Shown here one piece after another: positions 37,436-45,748 of a DNA stretch of 64,000 nt; the first letter of the stretch is position 1, and each line of letters opens with the position of its first letter. The DNA is taken from IMG/VR virus record IMGVR_UViG_2864522212_000004, positions 64,001 to 128,000 of that record. One strand, 5' to 3'. Origin of the DNA: a virus (taxonomy: Duplodnaviria; Caudoviricetes). The notes under the pieces are model-generated. The model did no database searches. It saw nothing but the letters and a program-made list of their open reading frames with translations, and was not told the DNA's origin. Position numbers and translations under genes: made by a program.

Positions 37436-38474
37436 CGAATTCCTCCTCTCGCGGATGGGCTTCGTCCCAGGCGGCGGCCCGCGCTTGGACTTCCGCATTG
37501 TGCATGTCGTTCAGCATGCTCTTCGGCAGCCTGCCGTTCGCCGGCAGGTTCTCCGGGTGTAGCGCGATGTTGTTGGGGTCGCGCCCCATTTTCAGGTTTT
37601 GGATGTCCCGTTCGAGCCAACGCCTGTATGTGGCATCCCAGTTGGCGCTGCGGTGTTCGGGTTTCTCCTGCGTGTAGTAGGCGACGAACAGGGTGACTTC
37701 GCGGATCAGGTTGACTCCCGCCTTGGCCGTGGCGATGCGCAGTTCGGGCGAGGGCTTCCAGTCGGGAGCCAACACGGTCTGACGGGTCGCGGGCTTCTTC
37801 TCTTTTTTCGGAACTTTTCTCTTCTTCGAAGAAACCGCGGACGGTTTCTTCTGAATCGGAGAGGTTTCCTCAACCCTGCTGGAACTCTGAGAAGCTTCGA
37901 AAGAAGCATTCTCGTTTTCAGGCTCTGAGGCGGACTCGTCCGCCGATTTTTCGTTTTTCTCCGATTCTGGATTTTGAGGGGATAGAGAGGAGTAGATATC
38001 CTCTGTTCCTCTGTTCCTCTGTTCCCCTGTTCCCCTGTTCCGGGCGTGGAAATCTCGATGGGGTCTCGCGACACTCTCGCGACAGTCTCGCGAATCTGGG
38101 TCTGAACCGTTGGAATCATTGGGTTCTGCCATCTCATGAGACGGATACCTCGACTTGCCTGGCTTATCGATTCTCTGGTGCCTTGACCATGTCGCAATCT
38201 CCAGATATGGGGTGCCGTCGAACTCGTAGCGATATATCAATCCAGCTTCAGAAAGACTCGCGAGGGCTCGCGACACTCTCGCGACAGTCTCGCGAGGGTC
38301 TTTGATGAGATCAGCCGCGAACAGGTCTCCGATGATGTCGTAGTCGATATCCTTGCCTACCCCGTTATCATCCACGTAACTCCATAGACCTATGAAAACC
38401 AGTCTGGCGTCCCAGTTGAGATTCGCTATATCCCGGCTGCGCCAGAACTCCGGCTTGATGCTCCTGATGCGCAT
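37425..38474 (-). CDS. Phage-type replication initiator (replisome organiser)
   Basis: MRIRSIKPEFW...ARLVFIGLWSYVDDNG N-terminus; disordered linker carrying DNA repeats; C-terminal NWDATYRRW (DnaT-like). Confidence 0.8.
   Translation of the reverse strand: MRIRSIKPEFWRSRDIANLNWDARLVFIGLWSYVDDNGVGKDIDYDIIGDLFAADLIKDPRETVARVSRALASLSEAGLIYRYEFDGTPYLEIATWSRHQRIDKPGKSRYPSHEMAEPNDSNGSDPDSRDCRESVARPHRDFHARNRGTGEQRNRGTEDIYSSLSPQNPESEKNEKSADESASEPENENASFEASQSSSRVEETSPIQKKPSAVSSKKRKVPKKEKKPATRQTVLAPDWKPSPELRIATAKAGVNLIREVTLFVAYYTQEKPEHRSANWDATYRRWLERDIQNLKMGRDPNNIALHPENLPANGRLPKSMLNDMHNAEVQARAAAWDEAHPREEEFDEL
38003..38295. repeat. Intragenic iteron-like repeats (candidate origin)
   Basis: 5x CTGTTCCY (38003-38042); TCGCGA at a 10-11-bp period (38066/77/88 and 38258/68/79/90); identical 29-mer at 38065 and 38267. 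Confidence 0.7.
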
Positions 38475-38501
38475 GGCTCTCTTTTCTTCCGAAGAACCCG
38501 G

Positions 38502-38762
38502 TCAGACGGTCTTGGATAGGGGAACGTTCTTGTTCATCTCGGCGAGGGCTCTTGCATAATCGCAGAGGCCGAACATGTCCGTTAGTCCCAGTGCCTTGCC
38601 TACGATGTCGAGTTCGTTGCTGTCCCATATGGTGTGCTGGTTGAGTCTGCGGCCCGTTGCCTCTCGCGTGGTTCCTAGATCTTTGGCGAGTTGTTTCACC
38701 TGGTAGTTCTGGGTTGCCATGCGAGCGAGGATCGCTTGGGAGATGATTTCGTTTGATGACAT
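38502..38762 (-). CDS. Cro-like HTH regulator
   Basis: QVKQLAKDLGTTREATGRRLNQHTIWDSNEL; divergent from the XRE repressor. Confidence 0.8.
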   Translation of the reverse strand: MSSNEIISQAILARMATQNYQVKQLAKDLGTTREATGRRLNQHTIWDSNELDIVGKALGLTDMFGLCDYARALAEMNKNVPLSKTV

Positions 38763-38780
38763 GCGATAAAAAACCTTTCG

Positions 38781-38877
38781 TATCTCATGGGAGATATTAG
38801 GGGTCGATTGGAATAGTGTCAATCTCTATGGAGATACGGCGTGTTTTATAGCGTGAAAAATGTTCTCTCAAGAGATA
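38781..38877. promoter_or_regulatory. Three operator palindromes (ATCTC-N4-GAGATA)
   Basis: 38781 TATCTCATGGGAGATA; 38821 AATCTCTATGGAGATA; 38862 GTTCTCTCAAGAGATA. Confidence 0.8.
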
Positions 38878-38887
38878 GAATGACAAC

Positions 38888-39472
38888 ATGGTACGGAATG
38901 ACAGACTTAAGAAGACCGGGGAGAGCACCAAGCTCATAGCGGAGTTCGTTGAAGAACGTCGGCGAGCAAAGAGTCTGACCCAAAAGCAGATTGCTTCGGC
39001 CTTGGGCGAGAAGACGAGCCAATCCTACGTATCCGTCCGATTGCGCGGAAAAGCTGCATGGACGATGGATGACCTTGATGCCATTGCACCTCTCATAGAT
39101 TTTGACAATGCCATCGAATTGATCGGAAACCTAGCCCGAAAACGAGCTACCGAGGAAAACGAGCCCGGGCTGCTTGCCCGTCAGTTCGTAGCCATCATGG
39201 ATGGGGACAACGTCGTTCAGATTATTGATGGGCCATCCTCTTCCATTCCGGTCTCCGGACTTCCCCATGACACATCAGTCGATACGGGCGTTACCTCCGA
39301 TAAGAGAGGCACGGTTCCTGTTCCTCATGCACGTTCGGTTAAACCCTCGTCTCTATCCGATGAAGAGCGTAAGCGTATCGTTTTGGAGAAACTACGTAGG
39401 GGTGACGTGTCCTTGCCGGCGAACAAGGATCCGCATAAGCTCGCGGAAATGGAAGGCGGTGACGGCCGCTAG
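38888..39472 (+). CDS. XRE-family repressor (cI/ImmR-like)
   Basis: LTQKQIASALG...SQSYVSVRLRGKAAW HTH; C-terminal LPANKDPHK tail. Confidence 0.85.
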   Translation: MVRNDRLKKTGESTKLIAEFVEERRRAKSLTQKQIASALGEKTSQSYVSVRLRGKAAWTMDDLDAIAPLIDFDNAIELIGNLARKRATEENEPGLLARQFVAIMDGDNVVQIIDGPSSSIPVSGLPHDTSVDTGVTSDKRGTVPVPHARSVKPSSLSDEERKRIVLEKLRRGDVSLPANKDPHKLAEMEGGDGR

Positions 39473-39990
39473 TGACGACTGCTCGCCCCTGTTCTGTCAG
39501 AGTATCCTCTTCTCGAACCGATTCGATAGGAGGATATTCAACCGTGTTGACGGCCGCACCATTCGACCGCCACATGCCCATCAACCGTGGCATGACCTAC
39601 GAGCAGATGCTCGATGCCGTGGAAACCCAGCCAGTCCACGTCATCGAAGCCACGCTTGACGATGACACTTCAGGCCTCTACTGTGAGGCTATCCAGACCA
39701 TAATCATCGACGAGCATATGACCGACGTGCAGAAACGATGCTCTCTCACCCATGAATTGTTCCACTGGCTGCACGCCGATGATTCGCATGCGGAATACGG
39801 GAAAAGCCATGCCGAATGGCGTGTGCGCCGTGAAACCGCCATGTTTCTGATCGACCCGGCGGACTATGTGCAGGCCGAACGGGAATATGATGGCGAGATC
39901 TATCAGATGTCCTGTGAGATGGATGTCACGGTATTCCTTTTGGAGGACTACCGTCGGATTTTGGAATATAGCCAGCCATTGCATAGCTGA
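39472..39990 (+). CDS. ImmA/IrrE-family metallopeptidase
   Basis: GLY...IIID...KRCSLTHELFH (HExxH)...AEWRV; follows the repressor. The true start may be downstream. Confidence 0.85.
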   Translation: MTTARPCSVRVSSSRTDSIGGYSTVLTAAPFDRHMPINRGMTYEQMLDAVETQPVHVIEATLDDDTSGLYCEAIQTIIIDEHMTDVQKRCSLTHELFHWLHADDSHAEYGKSHAEWRVRRETAMFLIDPADYVQAEREYDGEIYQMSCEMDVTVFLLEDYRRILEYSQPLHS

Positions 39991-40003
39991 GGAGAGATAA
40001 ATC

Positions 40004-41317
40004 ATGGGACATCTGGACCCGTTCCTGCAAGACCTCAATGGTATCGGAATCATCGCCATGATGGTAGGCATCAGTGCAGTGATAGTCCGCGTGGTTTTCT
40101 GCAAGACCATGCGGGACAGAATCTATACGGGCGTGGGGGGATTAATATCCGCGATCGTCATGTCGCTGGGTATTGATTATGCGATACGGCCATTCGCCGG
40201 TACTGGTGAATCGACTGCGACGAATGGACTGGGGTTCGTCCAGCTCATGATAGGTGTGGTTATCGCGCTTATCGGAGGTGCCGTTTTGCGCGGCATCCTG
40301 AGTCTTGACGATGGCGAACCACAGCCGACAAGCAATTCCCTCATTATGGACACGCAGACGGAGCTGAACCGTCTTGCACCCCGATACGGGCTGGTGGCCG
40401 CCATGAGCAACGAGGACTCCTATTATGGCTGGTTCGTGATAGACCACGACAACGGCGGCTCCCCCGACCCGTTGTATGAGGCCAGTCTCAACGCGAACCT
40501 GCAACAGGAACGCCAGCTCGGGAAACTGTACGGCGATCCGGGTTCCGGCTTGGACTATTCCGCTTTCGGAAACACGGCCGTACAGGCCGGCCAGCAGGGC
40601 GAATCCGCATTGGCCAGAATCATCGCCTACATGCGGCTCAACGTCATCTCCTTCTGGTCCCTGTACGGGCTCAACGAGAACCGCCAGCCCATCAACGCGG
40701 ACATCGACTGCGTGCTGGTCGGCATAGACCCGCAACAGCAGGTGCATGCCTGGTTCGTGGACGCGAAGAACTACAAGGGCGGCAGCGACACCAAATACGT
40801 GAACCTGGATCCACGAAACCTGGTGCGCATGAGCATCAGCCGTCGAGCCCTCATCAAAGGCTCGGACGGAACACCCGTGGTCAAGATGAGCGAGAACATG
40901 GCAACCCAACGCGATAATTGGGCGTCCACGCTCGAAACCTATCACGTGGCAGCCCAATGGATGGTCTGCATGGTACCGGGCGGACATAACGGCAACCCGG
41001 ATGTCAGCGAAGCCGTCTGGCCGGGCAATGTTCGTGTCGTGACGCCTGGACAGTTGGTTGCGGAAATCCAATCCCTGAGCCTGCTGCCGGTGGACAATAT
41101 TCCGCCACGTGTCGTCAGACTGTTCACCTCGGCAGTCAAACAACAGGCTCCTGCGCCAGCAGCGCCGGTGACGAACACTGTGCCGATGCCTGTGACCTCA
41201 CCCGTTCCAGCCCCTATCCCCCAGCCGGCAATAACGAACAACTGCCCCAAATGCGGTCAGCCATTGAACGGACAAACCAACTTCTGCCCGAACTGCGGCA
41301 CACCGCTCAACGCCTAA
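40004..41317 (+). CDS. 3-TM protein with a NERD-like PD-(D/E)xK domain and C-terminal zinc ribbon
   Basis: GQQGE...DIDCVLVG...VDAKNYK; CPKCG/CPNCG; RBS AGGAG. Confidence 0.75.
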   Translation: MGHLDPFLQDLNGIGIIAMMVGISAVIVRVVFCKTMRDRIYTGVGGLISAIVMSLGIDYAIRPFAGTGESTATNGLGFVQLMIGVVIALIGGAVLRGILSLDDGEPQPTSNSLIMDTQTELNRLAPRYGLVAAMSNEDSYYGWFVIDHDNGGSPDPLYEASLNANLQQERQLGKLYGDPGSGLDYSAFGNTAVQAGQQGESALARIIAYMRLNVISFWSLYGLNENRQPINADIDCVLVGIDPQQQVHAWFVDAKNYKGGSDTKYVNLDPRNLVRMSISRRALIKGSDGTPVVKMSENMATQRDNWASTLETYHVAAQWMVCMVPGGHNGNPDVSEAVWPGNVRVVTPGQLVAEIQSLSLLPVDNIPPRVVRLFTSAVKQQAPAPAAPVTNTVPMPVTSPVPAPIPQPAITNNCPKCGQPLNGQTNFCPNCGTPLNA

Positions 41318-41391
41318 TCAGGAGGTCAGGCTCAGTGTCGCGGGCACCCATGTCCACATGCTTTGCGGCCTACCCCGAGTCCGGCAAGATT

Positions 41392-41448
41392 ACCGTTGTA
41401 GATGACTTCGCTCTAGCGACAAGCTAAAACAAAGTCATCTACAACGGT
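41392..41448. mobile_element. 57-bp MITE/transposon scar with 17-bp terminal inverted repeats
   Basis: ACCGTTGTAGATGACTT ... AAGTCATCTACAACGGT. Confidence 0.6.
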
Positions 41449-41511
41449 CTCCCAATCGTCCTTGTTCGAGGTCATCGCAGCCGCACCCGCCTTGTAGAAG
41501 TTGCTTGCCAT
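41413..41511 (-). pseudogene. N-terminal stub of a phage Dam-like N6-adenine methyltransferase
   Basis: MASNFYKAGAAAMTSNKDDWET matches the S..DDWETP start of phage Dam proteins; cut off at the MITE. Confidence 0.5.
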
Positions 41512-41547
41512 TACCGTTTTTGTTTTGGCGAGAAAGCCTCGTCATCT

Positions 41548-41985
41548 TCAGTGTCGCGGATGAATCGCCTCCGCTTGTCTTTGGTTGTCTATGTAGCGTT
41601 CGACTATACTTTCGCTGTTCCTTCCCACGGTTTCGCAATAGTATCCGGCGGACCATAGCTTGTGGCGCTTTCCCCAGTAGTAGCGTTTGAGATGATCGGG
41701 GTGCTTGCTCCACAGTTCACGTGTGGTGAGCTGTTTGATTCGGCTGACTGTCCCGCTGATGGTCATGTCGGGTGGGATGCTGACGAGCATATGCACGTGG
41801 TTGCCGTCGCCCGTGTTGATTCGATGGATTGCGAACCGTGAGCGTCGTTCGGCGTCGCGGATGCTGTCGAGCACGTCCGCCTCTATTCCTGCGAGAGCGT
41901 GTTTGCGGTATTTCGTGACCAGCACGATATGGTATCTGGTCCGCACTTTCGCGGAAGCCTTTGGCTTGTATTCGTCGGGTTCCAT
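41548..41985 (-). CDS. tnpA: IS200/IS605 Y1 (HUH) transposase
   Basis: YHIVLVTKYRK, NHVHML (HUH), LWSAGYY, YIDNQ. Confidence 0.95.
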   Translation of the reverse strand: MEPDEYKPKASAKVRTRYHIVLVTKYRKHALAGIEADVLDSIRDAERRSRFAIHRINTGDGNHVHMLVSIPPDMTISGTVSRIKQLTTRELWSKHPDHLKRYYWGKRHKLWSAGYYCETVGRNSESIVERYIDNQRQAEAIHPRH

Positions 41986-42046
41986 GTCGCACACCTCTAT
42001 GCTATAATCATGCTAACAACAGTTTAGCAGATTCGGAGGTGTTAGC

Positions 42047-43381
42047 ATGACGGTCAGTCTCATCGGCTCGCCACGCAGAACCTCCGAAGAGGCGAGACTG
42101 GACAAGAACCGAAGAATCAAGGAATCCATCAAGGCGACCAAAGCCAAGAGGAAAACCCAGACCTGTTCCACGTTCGACCTGAAAATAGTGGGCAACAAAC
42201 TCTCCAGCACCCAACGCGAGGCACTGGTTCGCGTGTTCTTGGAAGCCAAATGGCTATGGAACGAATGCATCGCCAGCGGAGACCCGTTCTCCTACAAGCC
42301 AAGAAAAAACGTCCTCGTGAAAACCAAGGACGACACGATGGACGAACGCGAATACCGCGTGCTCGGCTCCCAGATGAAGCAGTCCCTCGTCAAGACCATC
42401 CGATCCAACATCAAAACACTCGCAACCCTCAAGAAACAAGGCCGCAAGACCGGAACGGTCGGGTTCACGAGCAAGGTCAAGTCGCTCGGACTCCCACAAC
42501 CGGAGACCACGTACCGCATACGCGGACAGAAGGCGAGGATACAGAACATCCCCGGCTGGGTCCGGGTGCGCGGCGTCGGACAATTGGAGGGATGGGAACA
42601 GGCAAAGGCCGTTCTCACCAGCGAAGCGGACGGGTGGCATCTGCATGTCACCTGCTACATGGACAAGGAGGAACACCGCAAGCGACGTGAAGCCAAGAGA
42701 CTAGCGCCGGTGAAGAACACCATCATCGGACTGGACATGGGCGTGAAGACCGCCATCACATGTTCGGACGGAACGGAATACGACGTCATGGTTGGAGAAA
42801 CCGACCGCCTCAAACGGGAACAGCGAAAACTGAACCGCAAGAAGAAGGGGTCGAACAACCGGCAACGCAATCGCATGAGAATCCGTCGGGCATATACGAA
42901 ACAGCAGAATCGACTGAACGATGCCGCCAACAAGACAGCGGCGGAACTGCTGCGCAATGAGACCATCTTCATGCAGGATGAACAGGTCAAAGCATGGCAC
43001 CGCCGTTATGGCCGAAAAATACAGCACAGCATCCTCGGCCGCGTCAAAAACAGACTGACCCGCCACGCGGGACAGGTGGTGGTGCTCTCCAAGTGGGAGC
43101 CGACCACGCAACTGTGCCCTGTCTGCGGGACGAAAACCAGAATCCCGCTGGGACGGCGCATATACAAGTGCGCCGACTGTGGTTATACGGCCCCAAGAGA
43201 CGTCAAAGCCGCTCAGACCATGGTCTGGCTTGGACAATCCGAATATTCGGACAAAATACCCTTGGAACGAGGGGAATACAAGCCTGTGGAGAGCGCATCG
43301 GAGTCATACGTGGACAATCTGCGTATGTTCTCCATGCGTTCGGCGAAGCAGGAAACCGTGACGGCTTCAGCCTCACGGTAG
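42047..43381 (+). CDS. tnpB: TnpB (atypical RuvC-II)
   Basis: GLDMGVK; FMQDEQV; CPVCG/CADCG; PRDVKAA. Confidence 0.9.
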   Translation: MTVSLIGSPRRTSEEARLDKNRRIKESIKATKAKRKTQTCSTFDLKIVGNKLSSTQREALVRVFLEAKWLWNECIASGDPFSYKPRKNVLVKTKDDTMDEREYRVLGSQMKQSLVKTIRSNIKTLATLKKQGRKTGTVGFTSKVKSLGLPQPETTYRIRGQKARIQNIPGWVRVRGVGQLEGWEQAKAVLTSEADGWHLHVTCYMDKEEHRKRREAKRLAPVKNTIIGLDMGVKTAITCSDGTEYDVMVGETDRLKREQRKLNRKKKGSNNRQRNRMRIRRAYTKQQNRLNDAANKTAAELLRNETIFMQDEQVKAWHRRYGRKIQHSILGRVKNRLTRHAGQVVVLSKWEPTTQLCPVCGTKTRIPLGRRIYKCADCGYTAPRDVKAAQTMVWLGQSEYSDKIPLERGEYKPVESASESYVDNLRMFSMRSAKQETVTASASR

Positions 43382-43382
43382 T

Positions 43383-44240
43383 TCATAATTTGCTCTTTTC
43401 GTTAAGGATTGATGGTTTGGTATCCAGTTGGGCGGATTCGAATTTTTCCGCAGCTTCTCTCTGAGAGGGAAACGAGTATCTGGTGCGGGTTTTGCAGTAT
43501 GGGCAGCCGACCCGCCACCATGTTTTCGTATGAGTGATCGGGCTGACGGCTTTCCGATATTCGCCTTTCATCCCGCAGTTAGGGCATAGTAGCGTCGTGT
43601 CGAACACGTCAACGTATTTGTCGCCCATGCGATCCAATGTCCGTTGCATGGCCAGGGTGTCCACGAGCTTCGAGTCGAAGCCGAGCCTTTTGACCTGCTC
43701 CGCGCTCCAATGTGCTAGGTACCGGAGGATCTGCTGTTCGATACCGTATTGCGAATAGTGGTAACGTTTGCCGGTTTTCAGTTCGATGAAATCGTCTTCG
43801 TGGGCGAAGTCTCCGGCGCAGAACCGTTCGACGGCTTCCTCTCTGCTTTTGCTGGGGAAAATATTACAGGCGATGCACCGTTGGTTCGAACAGGAGCAGA
43901 AGTACGGGTGGCACCAGAAGCCGTCCATTTGTCCGTCACGTTCGCCACCGTGTATGAACCCGAGGGGAAGGAACGTGTCGCAGTCATGCGGTTCCGCATG
44001 ACCAGTGGAGCAAAGCGGGCACGGATACTGTTCGCGCATTATCTTCGCTTCGGCTTTCCTCATGCTACGTTCCGCGGCATCCACCGCATCCTGCTCCGCC
44101 AGACGTTTGGCGATAGGCTCGTTGATCTGGCGAACGATATCGACGGGCAAACCGGTCTGCTTGGCGACGGATTCCACCGTGGAACGACGCGACTGGAGCA
44201 GGTCGGCTGCTCGTTCGGCTCGACTGTGATATCGGGGCAT
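43383..44240 (-). CDS. Protein with an N-terminal HTH-like segment and two Lar-like zinc ribbons
   Basis: CPLC...CSNQRC...SREEAVERF and CPNCG...VGCPYC...SQREAAEKF. Confidence 0.6.
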   Translation of the reverse strand: MPRYHSRAERAADLLQSRRSTVESVAKQTGLPVDIVRQINEPIAKRLAEQDAVDAAERSMRKAEAKIMREQYPCPLCSTGHAEPHDCDTFLPLGFIHGGERDGQMDGFWCHPYFCSCSNQRCIACNIFPSKSREEAVERFCAGDFAHEDDFIELKTGKRYHYSQYGIEQQILRYLAHWSAEQVKRLGFDSKLVDTLAMQRTLDRMGDKYVDVFDTTLLCPNCGMKGEYRKAVSPITHTKTWWRVGCPYCKTRTRYSFPSQREAAEKFESAQLDTKPSILNEKSKL

Positions 44241-44242
44241 GG

Positions 44243-44329
44243 TCAGACAGGGTCTTTTGCCAGATGGAAGGCGACTGCGATGATTGCGGCCAGCATGATG
44301 CTGAGGCTGATAAGGATTGGATGTTTCAA
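44243..44329 (-). CDS. 28-aa hydrophobic peptide
   Basis: RBS AAAGGA + TTG: MKHPILISLSIMLAAIIAVAFHLAKDPV; fills the gap in the operon. Confidence 0.5.
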   Translation of the reverse strand: MKHPILISLSIMLAAIIAVAFHLAKDPV

Positions 44330-44344
44330 GATTCTTTCCTTTTG

Positions 44345-44773
44345 CTAGTTTTCAAGAATGATTTGCGTGCCACTGAAGAATGCGAGACGGTCTGCTTCAC
44401 GGATTTTCTTCGGATCGGTCACATCCCGCATGAACTGTTCCCTGAAGCGCCGGTATTCGGCATCGTATCCGGAACCAGTGTTCTTCTTCTTTTGTGCCGG
44501 TTTCTGTTTCGGTGTCGGCCGACCTTTCTTGGAGGAGAGTCGTTCTCGGCGTCGCTTGTCTGCTTCGACCACACGGTTGATCTGTCTGGCACAGGAGACA
44601 ACCGTTTTCCTGTCACCTACCAGATGAGCGGATACGGCTTTACGCCGCAGTCGTCCGATATTCCGGCAAGCGTCAGCCGACAGTCCCGGCAACAGTTCGA
44701 ACTCGTTTAGATACAGGATTCCACCCAGCAGAGTGAAAGGTGCAATGCTCTCATTGGCTTCCGGCATCAGCAT
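44345..44773 (-). CDS. Basic hypothetical protein
   Basis: ORF overlapping its neighbour within the operon. Confidence 0.6.
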   Translation of the reverse strand: MLMPEANESIAPFTLLGGILYLNEFELLPGLSADACRNIGRLRRKAVSAHLVGDRKTVVSCARQINRVVEADKRRRERLSSKKGRPTPKQKPAQKKKNTGSGYDAEYRRFREQFMRDVTDPKKIREADRLAFFSGTQIILEN

Positions 44774-45128
44774 CTTCCTCCTCTTCAAGTCCAGTCAGCA
44801 CTCCTGCATAGGCGTCTTCGATTTGCTGGCACCACTGTTCCATCGTCGTATCCAAGGAAATGAACATGGTCGGAGTGAACCCGCCGGTCATGTATTCATC
44901 AACGACTCGTCCCGCCAGGTCAAGGTCATACAGTTTGATTTCACCGATCAGCCTATTGTCCCGGAAGAAAGCCAAACGTCGTTGCGAATATTCCACCACA
45001 CTCATGCCGCTGATAGCCCAACCGTTCAACCCGTTACAGGAACAGGCCAGAGTGTGTTCGTTCTCCTCGACAATCTTCCAATCATCCTTTTCGACGATTA
45101 TTTTTAATGGTTCGTAGAATTTGCTCAA
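44751..45128 (-). CDS. Hypothetical protein
   Basis: RBS AAGGAG, TTG start. Confidence 0.65.
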   Translation of the reverse strand: MSKFYEPLKIIVEKDDWKIVEENEHTLACSCNGLNGWAISGMSVVEYSQRRLAFFRDNRLIGEIKLYDLDLAGRVVDEYMTGGFTPTMFISLDTTMEQWCQQIEDAYAGVLTGLEEEEDADAGSQ

Positions 45129-45137
45129 ATTTTCTCC

Positions 45138-45422
45138 TTAATGACATTCCGGGCACAGCCACTCGTCTGTGGCGCAGTCCCATCCGTTTTCAATGAGTTC
45201 GTCATGGTTTCCCATTGCTGTTTTCCCGCATTTGCTGCAGGTCAGATGCCAGTGTTGCGGACAGTAGTGGTTTTCGTCTCCATCCAATTGCCATCCGTCG
45301 GAACTGGCGTCATCGTCTGCGTCGTCTTTGTCTGTGTAATAAGCGCTGCCGTCTTCGGGGTCGTATTGTTCATCGCATTCGTCGCAGTGGATTGCGACGA
45401 ATTTCTTCTCGGTGAAACTCAT
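45138..45422 (-). CDS. Small double zinc-finger protein
   Basis: CDEC...GW...HYCPQH and CSKC...GW...CPECH. Confidence 0.65.
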   Translation of the reverse strand: MSFTEKKFVAIHCDECDEQYDPEDGSAYYTDKDDADDDASSDGWQLDGDENHYCPQHWHLTCSKCGKTAMGNHDELIENGWDCATDEWLCPECH

Positions 45423-45748
45423 AGCGTCCCCTGTTCTTGCGTCATGTCTCGGATGGCGTCCTCGAGCAGGCTTCTCGCGGCCTTGCATCCTTGAATGTAT
45501 GCGCGGGATGGTTCCGTTCGGGCGTGGGCGTCGCTTGCATGTTCGAGTTTGAGTTCGCTGGAGATTCGTTTCCCTGCTTCGGTTTCCGTTTTGGCCAGCA
45601 GTTGGCGATCATGCTCGGTAAGCCAGGCGTCAAACAGTTCGGCTACGTTGGAGAATTGCGGGTTTGCCGACAGTGAATAGAAGTCCTCCGCGCCGTTTAT
45701 GAAGATGTTCCTGGCTTCGCTGTCCGTCAACGGTTGGTTCACGCTCAA
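45419..45748 (-). CDS. Hypothetical protein
   Basis: Coupled TTG start; FDAWLTEHDR motif. Confidence 0.6.
   Translation of the reverse strand: MSVNQPLTDSEARNIFINGAEDFYSLSANPQFSNVAELFDAWLTEHDRQLLAKTETEAGKRISSELKLEHASDAHARTEPSRAYIQGCKAARSLLEDAIRDMTQEQGTL

Larger units (their letters stand above)
41515..43386 (+). mobile_element. IS605-group element (divergent tnpA and tnpB)
   Basis: Inserted 3' of TTAC (41511-41514) with the AAAG guide at 41533; right end GAAA-hairpin-TAGTTCAT. Both ends fit the IS608 guide/cleavage pairing rule. Confidence 0.9.

Noticed and set aside
38003-38295. Short repeats as a possible CRISPR array
   Set aside because: Units are 8-11 bp with no unique spacers, lie inside a CDS, and no cas genes are present.
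5424-43381. TnpB genes as Cas12 effectors
   Set aside because: All three lie within IS ends and have no CRISPR array or cas1/cas2 nearby.
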